A stretch of DNA of 63,746 bases, counting the filler, from Licmophora abbreviata (lineage: Eukaryota): NCBI GenBank assembly GCA_900291995.1. It is 17 parts of 17 records of this genome, joined end to end, with 100 filler letters (N's around TTAATTAATTAA, not from the genome) between each part and the next. Parts side by side here need not be neighbours in the genome. Positions count along the whole stretch, not along the records: positions 32,230 to 37,200 come from OLMU01003734.1; positions 37,301 to 45,703 come from OLMU01003735.1; positions 45,804 to 48,839 come from OLMU01003736.1; 14 more parts are not named here. One strand, written 5' to 3'. Positions within the stretch are counted from its first letter, which is position 1, and each line of letters starts with the position of its first letter. Positions 35,621 to 45,916 of this stretch are shown one piece after another. The notes below the pieces were generated by a model. That model did no database searches, was not told the origin of the DNA, and saw only the letters and a program-made list of their open reading frames with translations. The translations under genes and the position numbers were made by a program.

Positions 35621-36988
35621 TTATCCGATGAAGGTCGAGACAATCGCGAGCACAGTTGCGCTTAGAATGACAACGCCTGTACTGGGATTCGATGAGGAGC
35701 TGGTGTTGGTGCCGTTGTGGCCTGAAGGATCGTGGGTCCCACTGTGATTGCCATTGGTTTCGGTGGCGTTGGGAGCAACTGTAGCAGTTTCCACGTCGAC
35801 ACATCCAGGGAAGAACTGTGGATCGTGTGCGCCGTTCCAGAGCTGACGTTGGTCATTAATACATGCCAAGTCGAGTCCCTCCGTCTCGCATGAAGCAGCA
35901 GTCACATCCGTGAGATTGAAGCACCGATGCCAGCAGAAGTACTGGGAATCGGCTTCACAGTCGGCTTCCGCCAGGTGACGGGCATGCATAGTGGAGGAGC
36001 AGCCAAGTGCGAGGGAGTCGTCCTTGTTCTCAATCATCTCGTCGCGCAACTGTCCGTAGGTGGAATGGTGGACAGGATGGATTGCATCGCTAGGCGGCAA
36101 TACCATGCGGCCGTACCATACGCGTGGTTCCGTGGTGACTCGTGGCATGAGCAGCGCATGAGGAGGTACGCGGAGGGGTGAAACACCTTGGGACTTGAGG
36201 GCCGGGTTCAAGATCTGATTCACTCCATCTCCGAGGAGAATGATGAGATCGTCTTGGTGTTCAAAGTGGACAGCCTGCTTGGATCCATCCTGGAGCTGGA
36301 TGTAGAATCCGTCGGAAGGCTCGGAGGCGATGAGGCCAGGAGTAAAGACAAGGAAGAGACCTTGATCAATATGCCAATCAATGGTAGTAGTGTCTTTGTT
36401 CTCAGCGTCAGAACCTGTTGGCTGGTAGGAATGGAAGTGTTCCAAGTGTTCCCCGTTGTTCGTGAGCGAAGTGACGTCGAAGTAGTCCTTGTCTTGCTGA
36501 GTGGTCTTGAGGAGCGAATCTTGAAGGCCATGAAGCATTCCTTGGAGAGTTTTAGAAAAGGCGTTCGTCACAGCCTCGACAGTCTTGCGAAAGGCAGGGC
36601 TTGCTTCGTCGAAGGCATGGCACGACGTGGCGGCATGCGAACCGTGGTGGATCTCGAAGATCTCGCCAAGAAGCGAGTGAGTCGCGAGAGTGCGGCGGAG
36701 CGTGCCGTCAGGAAAGGTATGTTCCCCCACAGCAGAGGATTCTTCCATGCACTGGGAAAGAGACTCGAGTGTTTCCAATTTCTGGAAGGAAGGGACGTCG
36801 GTAACACTCAAGATACCAACGCCTTGGAGGGAAGCCAGAATCTGGGCGTCGATTTCTTTTGTTTCGTCCGATTCCAACCCGGGATTTCCCACAAGATTCT
36901 TGTAAGAAATCCTTGTGGGAGTGAAGGAGGCCGAAGCACTCCAAAACGTAGAGAAGATGGCGAACGCGGTGACGAAAGAGACCTTCAT
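35621..36988 (-). CDS. Secreted, probably GPI-anchored paralog of the ectodomain of the neighbouring Ctr fusion
   Basis: Signal peptide MKVSFVTAF, RRTLAT, HLEHFHSY, WHIDQGLFLVF, LGDG, LRVPPHAL, RVWYGRM, RHL, YFCWHRC, then an S/T/N spacer and a hydrophobic C-terminus. Confidence 0.85.
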   Translation of the reverse strand: MKVSFVTAFAIFSTFWSASASFTPTRISYKNLVGNPGLESDETKEIDAQILASLQGVGILSVTDVPSFQKLETLESLSQCMEESSAVGEHTFPDGTLRRTLATHSLLGEIFEIHHGSHAATSCHAFDEASPAFRKTVEAVTNAFSKTLQGMLHGLQDSLLKTTQQDKDYFDVTSLTNNGEHLEHFHSYQPTGSDAENKDTTTIDWHIDQGLFLVFTPGLIASEPSDGFYIQLQDGSKQAVHFEHQDDLIILLGDGVNQILNPALKSQGVSPLRVPPHALLMPRVTTEPRVWYGRMVLPPSDAIHPVHHSTYGQLRDEMIENKDDSLALGCSSTMHARHLAEADCEADSQYFCWHRCFNLTDVTAASCETEGLDLACINDQRQLWNGAHDPQFFPGCVDVETATVAPNATETNGNHSGTHDPSGHNGTNTSSSSNPSTGVVILSATVLAIVSTFIG

Positions 36989-37505
36989 GGTGGATTCTTG
37001 CAACGATCGGAGACTGTGTGAGAAATGTCCCTTGAACTTACGGAGTCGCCGTTCATCTCTACGTAGGATTTGGTACTCGAAAACACGTAGGCAGATTGTG
37101 TGGCCTGTGCAGGATTGGGCCGCAACGCCTGATTCCATCGTGACTCAACTGGAGCTCATGACTCGGGAGTTCTTCATCTCTGTTTCCATCCAAGTCAAAG
37201 NNNNNNNNNNNNNNNNNNNNNNNNNNNNNNNNNNNNNNNNNNNNTTAATTAATTAANNNNNNNNNNNNNNNNNNNNNNNNNNNNNNNNNNNNNNNNNNNN
37301 ACAGTCTCACACACTTGTGCTGTCAGTCATTTGCAATAAACATTTTATTATCATTCAAGACATAATAAAAAGAAATGCAAAGAGTCATCACATAGGCCCA
37401 AAAGGCTCAACTGTTGATGAGCTCACAAAATTGAGTTTCAAAAGTTGCACGAGTTCAGTCCAGTCCTGCAAAACGGTAGCTGCATTGTTGGATCTCAATT
37501 ACAAT

Positions 37506-39137
37506 ATGCCTCTGCCACATCAAGACTTCAGCTACACCGCCCATGACAAGCGATCCCTGGAGTATCAGGAATCGTTCTCCTCTTCCGATGATTCTTCCCT
37601 GTCGGATCTAAGCATGGACACTGCATTGTTGAAGGAGCAAGAATGCCCTAAGGATCCCTCTTCATTCTTTGACGACAACATGCTTGTTGTTCAAACGAAA
37701 CACAAAGATATGTCTGAAAAGGACAAGAATCAGCTCTCTTTCCGAGATATTGACGGAAGTGAGTTCTTGGTGGGAGACCACGGTAACGATTTTCGAATGA
37801 AAGACTTCGACATGTGTAAGAGTCCAAACCCTTTTCTTGATAGCTTGGGTTTGAATGCCCGAGAAGACACCAAAGAAGGACAGAAGACTGATTCAATTGA
37901 CCAGAACGAGCACTTGGCTAAAAAGGACAAGACCCGCAGAAGAAGGAAAAAGAAAAAGAAAGAGAAGAGGGAGAGCACGTCGACCGCCGACCGCATCGGT
38001 GATACCGACCCACCCGTCACGCTTGAAGTTCAAAAACATCGGAAGAAAATGGTTGTGAAGCAGGAACAACCCACTCAGGATCTTGCTGACGATCTTGCGC
38101 AACACCTTGGCGCTGGCCTACGGAGCATGCGCCAAACACGTAGACCGGGGCGAGAAGCCCAAGAGGAAACTAGTGACTCGACGGCTAGAAAGGGGTCGCT
38201 ATCAAGTCCTCCCCGAGAAGGGTTGAATAACACAAGTTACAAGCCCCGCAGAAGTTCCTCCCTCGCCTCTGAATCGCCTCGGGGTGAGACCCCAAAGCGG
38301 TTCGAAACGAAGGCGAGTCCACCAAACAGGCGAGCTGCTATGGCTCGTCAGAAGAGTGCCTCAAGTCTCACCATGTCTGGAAATCGTGTTGATATTATGA
38401 TTATGCCCATGGTCGAACCAAGCAGTGTCGATCGTCGATCCAAACTCGCGCGGACAAAATCAGTACCAGCTCTGCAAACGTCGGCGCAGGGAAGGAGCAG
38501 CAGGAAGCTTTTGGACATACCCGACCGCCCACCCGTGAAACCGGTCCACAACAAGAACCCAACGTCAACAAACGCTGCTCCTAATCGTCGACGAGGACTT
38601 CTTCGTTCTATGAGTGAGCGGGGTGGCTTTTCAGCTTCGAGACCTTCCAACCTTCGATCGGGCTCAGTTATGATTATGACTAGCACGCCAGAGGACCTAC
38701 TGGACAGTCCCGATGGTGTAGGCTCCTCGGCCCCGATGCACGCATCGAGCAGGAATCTATCGGCACTCGGCGCTGCCCCCAGTCGTCGACGAGGACTACT
38801 GCGTTCTGCAAGTGAACGGGGTGGATTCTCGGTTACGAAGCCGTCTAGTCTTCGATCAAGCTCAGATGTGATCAAACAGGGCAAGCTGGAGGAGCTAGTA
38901 GAGAGTCCCACACACAGTGTAGGCTCCTCAACTCCGACGAACGTCGCCGACTTGAAGGTGCAGCAGCCTCAGCCTCCACCTGCGAGGCCTCCTCCAGGAA
39001 GAAGGGCGGCTCTGCGCCGAGCCAAAAGTGAACGGGGGACCTTGGGCCATCAGCTCACCCACTTTGACGTCGTTGAAACTCCCAAGAAGGAACTCAAGCT
39101 CTCCCTGTCCGAGCAGCGGAGGACGATCTTCCGTTGA
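37506..39137 (+). CDS. Hypothetical disordered basic/Ser-rich protein with an internal repeat
   Basis: Long ORF with an NLS-like RRRRKKKKKEKR and repeated RRRGLLRSxSERGGFS. Confidence 0.7.
   Translation: MPLPHQDFSYTAHDKRSLEYQESFSSSDDSSLSDLSMDTALLKEQECPKDPSSFFDDNMLVVQTKHKDMSEKDKNQLSFRDIDGSEFLVGDHGNDFRMKDFDMCKSPNPFLDSLGLNAREDTKEGQKTDSIDQNEHLAKKDKTRRRRKKKKKEKRESTSTADRIGDTDPPVTLEVQKHRKKMVVKQEQPTQDLADDLAQHLGAGLRSMRQTRRPGREAQEETSDSTARKGSLSSPPREGLNNTSYKPRRSSSLASESPRGETPKRFETKASPPNRRAAMARQKSASSLTMSGNRVDIMIMPMVEPSSVDRRSKLARTKSVPALQTSAQGRSSRKLLDIPDRPPVKPVHNKNPTSTNAAPNRRRGLLRSMSERGGFSASRPSNLRSGSVMIMTSTPEDLLDSPDGVGSSAPMHASSRNLSALGAAPSRRRGLLRSASERGGFSVTKPSSLRSSSDVIKQGKLEELVESPTHSVGSSTPTNVADLKVQQPQPPPARPPPGRRAALRRAKSERGTLGHQLTHFDVVETPKKELKLSLSEQRRTIFR
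38574..38930 (+). repeat. Internal coding duplication, period about 198 bp
   Basis: GCTGCTCCTAATCGTCGACGAGGACTT at 38574 aligns with GCTGCCCCCAGTCGTCGACGAGGACTA at 38772. Confidence 0.8.
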
Positions 39138-39442
39138 TTCAAGCGGTATGCCTCTAATAATAATATACGTCAGAAAACGCAAACAGTGACCTCTACCCAT
39201 ATCGCCCCTAGTTACCGGCAGCTACGAATACTCTCTCCCGAGCGACAGAGAAAGCTACGAGTAGACTACATGTACCGGTAGTCTAGCTACGACTTCGTTC
39301 AATCGTAGCCGCGAGCGAGTGCAGTCGCCGGCGGTTTGGGGTCATCTGTCATCTGGTCGCGCGACTGCGCGTGCAATGACCCAGTCACGCGCCCAACGGA
39401 TTTTCGAAGCCGACCTTTCGTGTCACAATTTGGAATTCGACG

Positions 39443-40639
39443 ATGATGCTGAACGCAACCCCCTCTACGGCAGCATCGGCAACCCCCGACGCCACTTCTC
39501 CCAACAGCGATTCCAAAAATGACTGGTCGCACTTGATGGCCAACAAGGGGGAACTGGAGGACTGTATCTCGATCATGGGAGAAGCAAACTCCAATTCCTC
39601 CGGTGGGCCTCTGCGAACTAATAGCACGATGAGCCAGTACCATAGAGGGACAGCATCACTCTATTCAAAGCGTGCTAAGAAACTAGTGGGGCGAAAAAAA
39701 GAAAAGAGGTTTGAAGAGGTTGACGGGTCTGTCGAGGTTCAGAGCCATCTTAGTCCCGCCAGAACACGGCGCGCTTTGCTCATGACCTCGGGGCTATGTC
39801 TCATGGGCATGGCTTCTTTCTTCATCAGCAATGTTATTATCAACGCATTCCACCTTCGACCGATAAACCATATCGAAGACTATACCTTCTTACAGGAGCA
39901 GCATGCTCATGCACCCACCCAACGATTCGAAGAGCTCTTGCAAATGGTACTCCCAGCTACGAGCAGAGGGATTGCCGCATTCGAAACGGATTCGACACCC
40001 CAACACCGCGCGTTAGACTGGCTGGCCAATCGGGACCTCTTGCAGCTCAATGCGACATCCTCTAACCTACTTCAGCGTTACGCGCTTGCAACTTTATTTT
40101 ACAGTACTACGACGGCATCCAGCACTTGGAAGCGAGGCACGCGGTGGATGAGCGAGTTGCACGAGTGCGAATGGCACGAAAAGGGTGGCGGCGTGCGAGC
40201 GTGCAATTCACAGCAACAAATAACAGATTTGAGTCTATGGAACAATTTGGATGGAACTATTCCAGCGGAACTCGGATATGGTCTACCTAGGCTGCAAGTG
40301 TTGTACTTGGCACACAACAAGCTCAGCGGCACACTGCCCAGTGAGCTCGGCCTCTTGACAGATCTGACCTATCTTGGAGTACAAAACAATCAGTTGACTG
40401 GAAGTATTCCAAGTGAGCAACTAGGTGCACTGACAGAACTGCGAACCATATATTTGGAAAGGAATGATTTCTCGGGAGTCCTTCGACATGCCGCGCCCCT
40501 GTGTCAACTGAAGCGCGATGCCGCTGCTGGTGGATTTGGTGGTGTACTGAAGCACATAACAGCCGACTGCCGGCGCTCTCTGTCGTGGAGGTCACCGAAA
40601 CTAAGCTGTGAGTGCTGTACCAAGTGTTATCGAGCCTAG
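39443..40639 (+). CDS. Diatom-type type II membrane leucine-rich repeat protein
   Basis: TM, TPQHRALDWL, LLQRYALATLFYST, HECEW, plant-like LRRs (NKLSGTLPSELGLLTDLTYL) and C-terminal ADC...CECCTKC. Confidence 0.9.
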   Translation: MMLNATPSTAASATPDATSPNSDSKNDWSHLMANKGELEDCISIMGEANSNSSGGPLRTNSTMSQYHRGTASLYSKRAKKLVGRKKEKRFEEVDGSVEVQSHLSPARTRRALLMTSGLCLMGMASFFISNVIINAFHLRPINHIEDYTFLQEQHAHAPTQRFEELLQMVLPATSRGIAAFETDSTPQHRALDWLANRDLLQLNATSSNLLQRYALATLFYSTTTASSTWKRGTRWMSELHECEWHEKGGGVRACNSQQQITDLSLWNNLDGTIPAELGYGLPRLQVLYLAHNKLSGTLPSELGLLTDLTYLGVQNNQLTGSIPSEQLGALTELRTIYLERNDFSGVLRHAAPLCQLKRDAAAGGFGGVLKHITADCRRSLSWRSPKLSCECCTKCYRA

Positions 40640-40729
40640 AGTTTACTGCATTGAAATAGAAGAAAATGATCTCAGTAGATGAAGCTCTTGGTTGCATATG
40701 TAGTTCAAGTGTTCAAGTAGTTACGTTCG

Positions 40730-42721
40730 CTAATCAACGCGGTATCGTTCTGATGCGTCGTCCTTCATCATGTACTTTTGTTCCATTGGCTGCGATGCAG
40801 CGGCTCCAATCTCGGATTTGACCTCGGATGCCACAGTTCGAACCAACCATCGAATGGCCTTTCCGAAAATATTGCCATCATTGCTGACATTGCCAGCGGG
40901 AAGCAGCGCCCCAAAAGGCGAATCGACCGACGGTGGTGGGTCATACTTGACATCAAACACGTTGAACCCCGCATCAACGTAATCCACCAGCACATCATCC
41001 ACAGTCTTGATTTCATCACACAATCCCATCTCTAGCGCCTTCTCTCCAAACCACGTCTCTCCTGTCGCCACCTTGTCAATGTCGAGACTAGGACGATTCT
41101 CATGAACAAAGTCCTTGAAAAGCTTAAGAATACCCTCCACATCTTCCTTTGTTTTCACGATATCCTCCTTGGTCACCTTTTTCGTTGGGGTGACCGTTCG
41201 CTTGTACTTGCCCGCTGTGATTGTTTGGAACTCGCTGTAGCAGAAATAAAGCATCAGTTCGTGGGATGTAAATTGAAAAAGCTACCTCATACACTTGAGA
41301 AACTTACATTCCCTCTTCCTTCAATCGATCGTAGACATTCGGAATATCGGTAATAACTCCAATACTGCCAAGGACAGCAAAGGGGGAGGCAATGATCTTA
41401 TCCGCGACACAAGTCATCATGTAACCTCCGCTTGCTGCTACCTGTTCCACAGCAATGGTGAGCTTCATGCCCTTTTCTTTGAACCGCTGTAGCTGAGCTG
41501 CGGCTAGGCCGTAGCCTGTCACAGTACCACCTCCCGTCTGCAACACAACAAGCGCTTCGTCCCCGGGCTTGGCGTTTCGGACAATGGCCGTGACTTCCTC
41601 TCGCAGGTCCGAGACTTGAGAGGCCGTTGCATCACCCGGGAATCGAGTCACAAAGAGATTTTTCTGCTCTTCCCCCTGTTGCAACAACGCAGTCAGAGGA
41701 CGATCCTGCACTTGCGTCAAGAGGTTTCCAGCCCCACGAGTCGACACGTCTCCGAGGAGTGCCGCACGAATGCTGCTGGCCCGATCCGGTCCCATGACTT
41801 GAATCACGTCCTGGACAAAGTTAAGCTCAAGCTTCAATAGATTTTGCTGCGCCGCTGATAGCTCCTTCCATAGTTTGGAATCGTTCTTTTTGGAAAAGAG
41901 ACTGGGCATGGCAAGTTTGGTTTCATTCTTCTTCTCAGCAGGGACTTCAATCTTGGGATCCAGCTCCGTGGGCGACACCCCGATCGCCTGCATCTCATCA
42001 TCAATCGCCGTTCGTGTCAGTTGTGCCTGCAGATCAACAATGACAGTTTGCCACTTGCCGCCCCCTTTCAACAAGTTCTTCTCTGCCTCCAGCAATTCAG
42101 CTTTTTGGGAAGGAGCAAGGTCTGAAAGACCCGATCCCAAGCCCAACTTCAAAGCTTGCTCGAAGTCCTGGGAGCGAGCCTGCGATGCCGCCAGCGCCTT
42201 ACTCTTGGTCGCTGCCGTCATGCTGTACTGGTAGGAATCCAGCTTTTCGTTGCGATTCTCAATCGACAGAAACTGTTCGGAAGGGACACCGGTATTCTTG
42301 GCGAGCTTTGACGGCCCCTGTTCAGGAATTTTCCAAACGGCTTGGTCTTATCATCACCGCTCCCGTACAAGTCATTGTAGAGTTCTGCGACAACGCCTTC
42401 CTGAGGATCCATCTGATTGCGTTTCTGACTACTGCGAAACATGGACGCTGCGAAGCCAATGACGAGGACAGAAAACAAGGCTGGTACTCCTGACGTGATG
42501 ACTTGCTCGAGAAAGAACGTCGTCAGTTCCTCCGTGCTACCGCGAAGCTGAGTAGCAGAGGTCTGCTTGGATGACTGCGTCAGTGATGTCGCTCCTGGAA
42601 CAGGCACGCGGACCGAGGCTCCTCGCCGCGGTACCCCCGTTGACCGAGGTGCAAAGGCAATCGCTGTGTAGTGCGACTGGTTGGAGGCCAGCAGTAGCAC
42701 AAGGGCGGCGGATATCTTCAT
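40730..42721 (-). CDS. Plastid-targeted S49 peptidase (SohB/SppA-like), with intron 41235-41307 and a frame break near 42315-42350
   Basis: AIAFAP presequence, LQTGGGTVTGYGLAAAQL, VAASGGYMM, FAVLGSIGV, TAGKYKRT and VATGETWFG. Confidence 0.9.
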
Positions 42722-43245
42722 TCTGTTCAGTCTATTATATCTATATTTACGGTACTTCTGTCGATCAATAGGAGAGCAGAGGGTGGTAGGTCAGCAGGCA
42801 AGTCGGATCGAATCTGTGGTTCGCCAATCCACGCTAGGTACTGCCGCAACTCAAAATTCGAAATTATTCTGTCCAGTCCAAGGCCTCGTTCAGAAGTTTT
42901 TCAACACCAGACACAGCAAGGAACCTCCGATGGTCTCACCTCGTCACAGTGACTTTGTATAACTTTGAGTTCCACGAAACAATGAGTTCAGGTGTTCAAA
43001 ATAGCGCTCGAACGGCCACCTTGAACAGCATGGTCACGATGGCGGGAATTGCTCAGCGGGAGAAAACACGTCACACCCCAAGCTATGTTCTGGAGCTCAT
43101 AGCTCGTGAACTGATCTTGCAGAGAAGGAACTCGCCATGAAGCTGCCACACCCCAAAGCAGTAGGAGCAACCCTAGGAGGTCTATGACGTGATAGATAGC
43201 TACTGAAAGAGTCGGAATGAAAACCAAGGTTCAAATCCTAACGAG

Positions 43246-44301
43246 TTACGGCTCCTCAAACCATGACTTTCCAGTCATTTCTAGTTCTTCTTTCTTCGCA
43301 TCCCGGTCGAACGCACTTCGAGCAAGCTCTCCTCTGCAGAGGGCTTCTAGCTCTTGTTGTTTCGGATTAGGCTCATTGTATCCTGGTCGATGTCGGATTC
43401 CATGAGGTGGAATGGCTTGAACAGATCGAGAAAATATACGAAACTGATCCATGATGCGATCGCATCGTGTCTTCTCGGGCCCTCGAGGCTCAAAATCTCG
43501 ACTGCGATCCCCATCCAACCACCCCTGGTCTTCCGGAATCAACAGAGAGTCGTACAGAGTATCATACATTTTCAAGTGATGTCGAATCGCGACCGCACAC
43601 AACGATCGCAGTACAGTGTACTCCCAGAACTTGACCAGCGACGGAGAGGTCAACTGCCGCATGGCCACGAGCGCCCGTACGTCCCAAGCGAACAGTTTTG
43701 TCTTTCGACACGTCTTTGCCTGAAAATCTCCATTGTCGAAGCCAATGGGCAACGTGAAGAGGTTGAACATTTTAATGTCGAAGAATTCCCCACTTCGCTT
43801 GACGAAATTGGAAGTCTTGGTGCCATTCATCTTGCAACCCGCAAGGACCTTGCCTTCGAGAATCAAATACAACGTCCGGTGGCAGTCCGGCACTGCTTCT
43901 CCCTCTTGCAATTCTAGAAACTTTCCATGCTTGTAAATATGTTCAAACTCCAAGTGTGTGATCCCACTGCGCGCTCGAAAGAATCGAAAGAGAGCTAGTT
44001 CATCCTCATCCTTGATTTCCCCTCGACTGACTTCGTCTCCGACGAGCCGTGAAACGATAAAGACATTCAAGCAAAACAGCAGAATGTTAATCAGCAGAGT
44101 TACATCAATGATACCTTCCGACAACGGTATGTAGTCGAAGGAACCATCGTTGCTAAAGCCGCTGAGAGAAGCCAGGACGAGTCCCAGAAAGCCAAAGGTC
44201 AAACAGGCTCGAATGCAGAGCAAGTCGGACCAGAGAGACGACAAGACGAAGAAGGCCGTCGCCATGTAGAGGTACGGAGAAGTGTCGGCAATTTCTGCCA
44301 T
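43246..44301 (-). CDS. Popeye-domain/cyclic-nucleotide-binding membrane protein
   Basis: Three N-terminal TMs with DLLCIRACL, followed by EDELALF...ITHLEF, LYLILEGKV and GEFFD. Confidence 0.7.
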   Translation of the reverse strand: MAEIADTSPYLYMATAFFVLSSLWSDLLCIRACLTFGFLGLVLASLSGFSNDGSFDYIPLSEGIIDVTLLINILLFCLNVFIVSRLVGDEVSRGEIKDEDELALFRFFRARSGITHLEFEHIYKHGKFLELQEGEAVPDCHRTLYLILEGKVLAGCKMNGTKTSNFVKRSGEFFDIKMFNLFTLPIGFDNGDFQAKTCRKTKLFAWDVRALVAMRQLTSPSLVKFWEYTVLRSLCAVAIRHHLKMYDTLYDSLLIPEDQGWLDGDRSRDFEPRGPEKTRCDRIMDQFRIFSRSVQAIPPHGIRHRPGYNEPNPKQQELEALCRGELARSAFDRDAKKEELEMTGKSWFEEP

Positions 44302-44881
44302 TGTAAGGCGATGAGATGAATCAAGCTGTGCTGCTGGAAAGAGCAGTAAGGCGAGAGTCGAATCGCGGTGTTGGATTGAGATTTTATGAGAGGCTCGTCG
44401 CGGGATCAACAACGAGAGTGTCACAACAAAAGTGGTGCAGTTTCAAACTGCCACAGAACGACGCCGCGATCGAATTCTAGCGCGCGGTACGAATTCTCTA
44501 AAATATGCCGCAGTCATGAAACTTAGTCACTTTTCAGCGTCTTTTGAAAGGTACGCCCATATTGAAATAATGAATGTCCTGACCCACGAGCGATGAGGAG
44601 TGACTTCGAGCGCTACTACAGCAGTACGAGTAATCGCCTCGACTCTCTACCGGTACCGCTTAGCTAGCGAGTCCACCGCAATGAAGAACTTTAGTAAGAT
44701 GGATGTCGGCTCGCTTAGTATCTGGTAGAAACACGAGCTCGCCATGATGCCGGCTTGGACTGGGCGACGAGCATACAAGCAATGGTATTTTGTAATGATA
44801 TCTGCCCTCATCGATTGCACAAATCAGGCATGAACATAACAAGCGCATTCATGTAACGTGCTTGTAGCAAGGAGCGCAGTG

Positions 44882-45916
44882 TCACTGCGCCATTTTCGCG
44901 GCTTCTGCCATGAAAGCCTCTGCCGCCGCTTTCTGGGCAGCCTCGTGCCTATCCGAGGGAAGCTGTTTCACAAGCGTTTTCGCAAGCAGACGTGCATCCT
45001 TTACAATCAGGGCCTCTCGCTGACGAAACAAGGGAACGAGAATATTCCTAAACACAGCTTCGCTGCCATTGAAGATTGGGAGCATCAAGTACATGGTAGC
45101 AGCGAGGCATACCGTATAGAGACCAGGAACCGGTCCAATGGACTTCTCGGCACCAAGCATGAACAGGAAGAGGATGGAAAAGCAACTCCAGTATGTCAAC
45201 CACCTGGTCACTTCGCCGTCTGCAATGTTGACGATTGAGCTAAGGACTGGATAGACTGTACCCATTGCGATGACAGTGGCTCGTTTGAGTACAGTTGGTA
45301 ACGCCATGAAGATAGCAGCCACGAACCATAGGTGGGTCGCGTTGACCACAGCAAGCGCGAGTGTTGTCAACCACCCCTCGCATTTCTCCTTGATAGGGCG
45401 TAGCATTGGGACTAGGACAGGTTTTGTAAAGAGATTGTAACAGACAGCTGCTCCGTCGGTCATGGGCAAGAGCTGCCATAGAATCATGTAGAACTCAAAC
45501 TCGTACCAGTGCTTGAAGACCCGAGGAAATCTCTCAGCTAGGTGATCCATGAACTCGGTGGCATATGAGAAGGTACCGTGCAAGCACCAGTATTGGAGCC
45601 ATGTGGTGTTGTCCGTCTCAACGTCCGTACAGGCCGCATGGATCGACTCAACCACTGGGAAGACCATGCCCAGGGCAACGACACCACCGGGGGAGAAAAT
45701 GATNNNNNNNNNNNNNNNNNNNNNNNNNNNNNNNNNNNNNNNNNNNNTTAATTAATTAANNNNNNNNNNNNNNNNNNNNNNNNNNNNNNNNNNNNNNNNN
45801 NNNAGTGGCTTCAAACGCGGCGAGACTCGAGTTGATGGGAACCTCAAGGCGGAAACACCGTTGCTGTTCTGGATCATCAAGACCGCCATGGCAAAGAAGA
45901 CACAGAGTCTTGACAT
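44882..45916 (-). CDS. TB2/DP1/HVA22 (REEP/Yop1) family protein with two repeats, spanning the gap at 45704-45803
   Basis: Repeat 1 VFPVVES...WLQYW...LPMTDGA; repeat 2 VYPVLSS...WLTYW...LPIFNGS. The likely first coding segment beyond the gap is MSRLCVFFAMAVL. Confidence 0.82.

Noticed and set aside
36188..37021. 277-aa antisense ORF (likewise 28419-29306, 62575-63474, 17941-18588 and 60993-61604)
   Set aside because: These are shadows of well-supported genes on the opposite strand, explained by codon bias or repeats, and carry no motifs of their own.
17832..42350. Programmed ribosomal frameshifting as the cause of the frame breaks
   Set aside because: No X-XXY-YYZ slippery heptamer or shared signal is visible at the sites; indel errors are more parsimonious.
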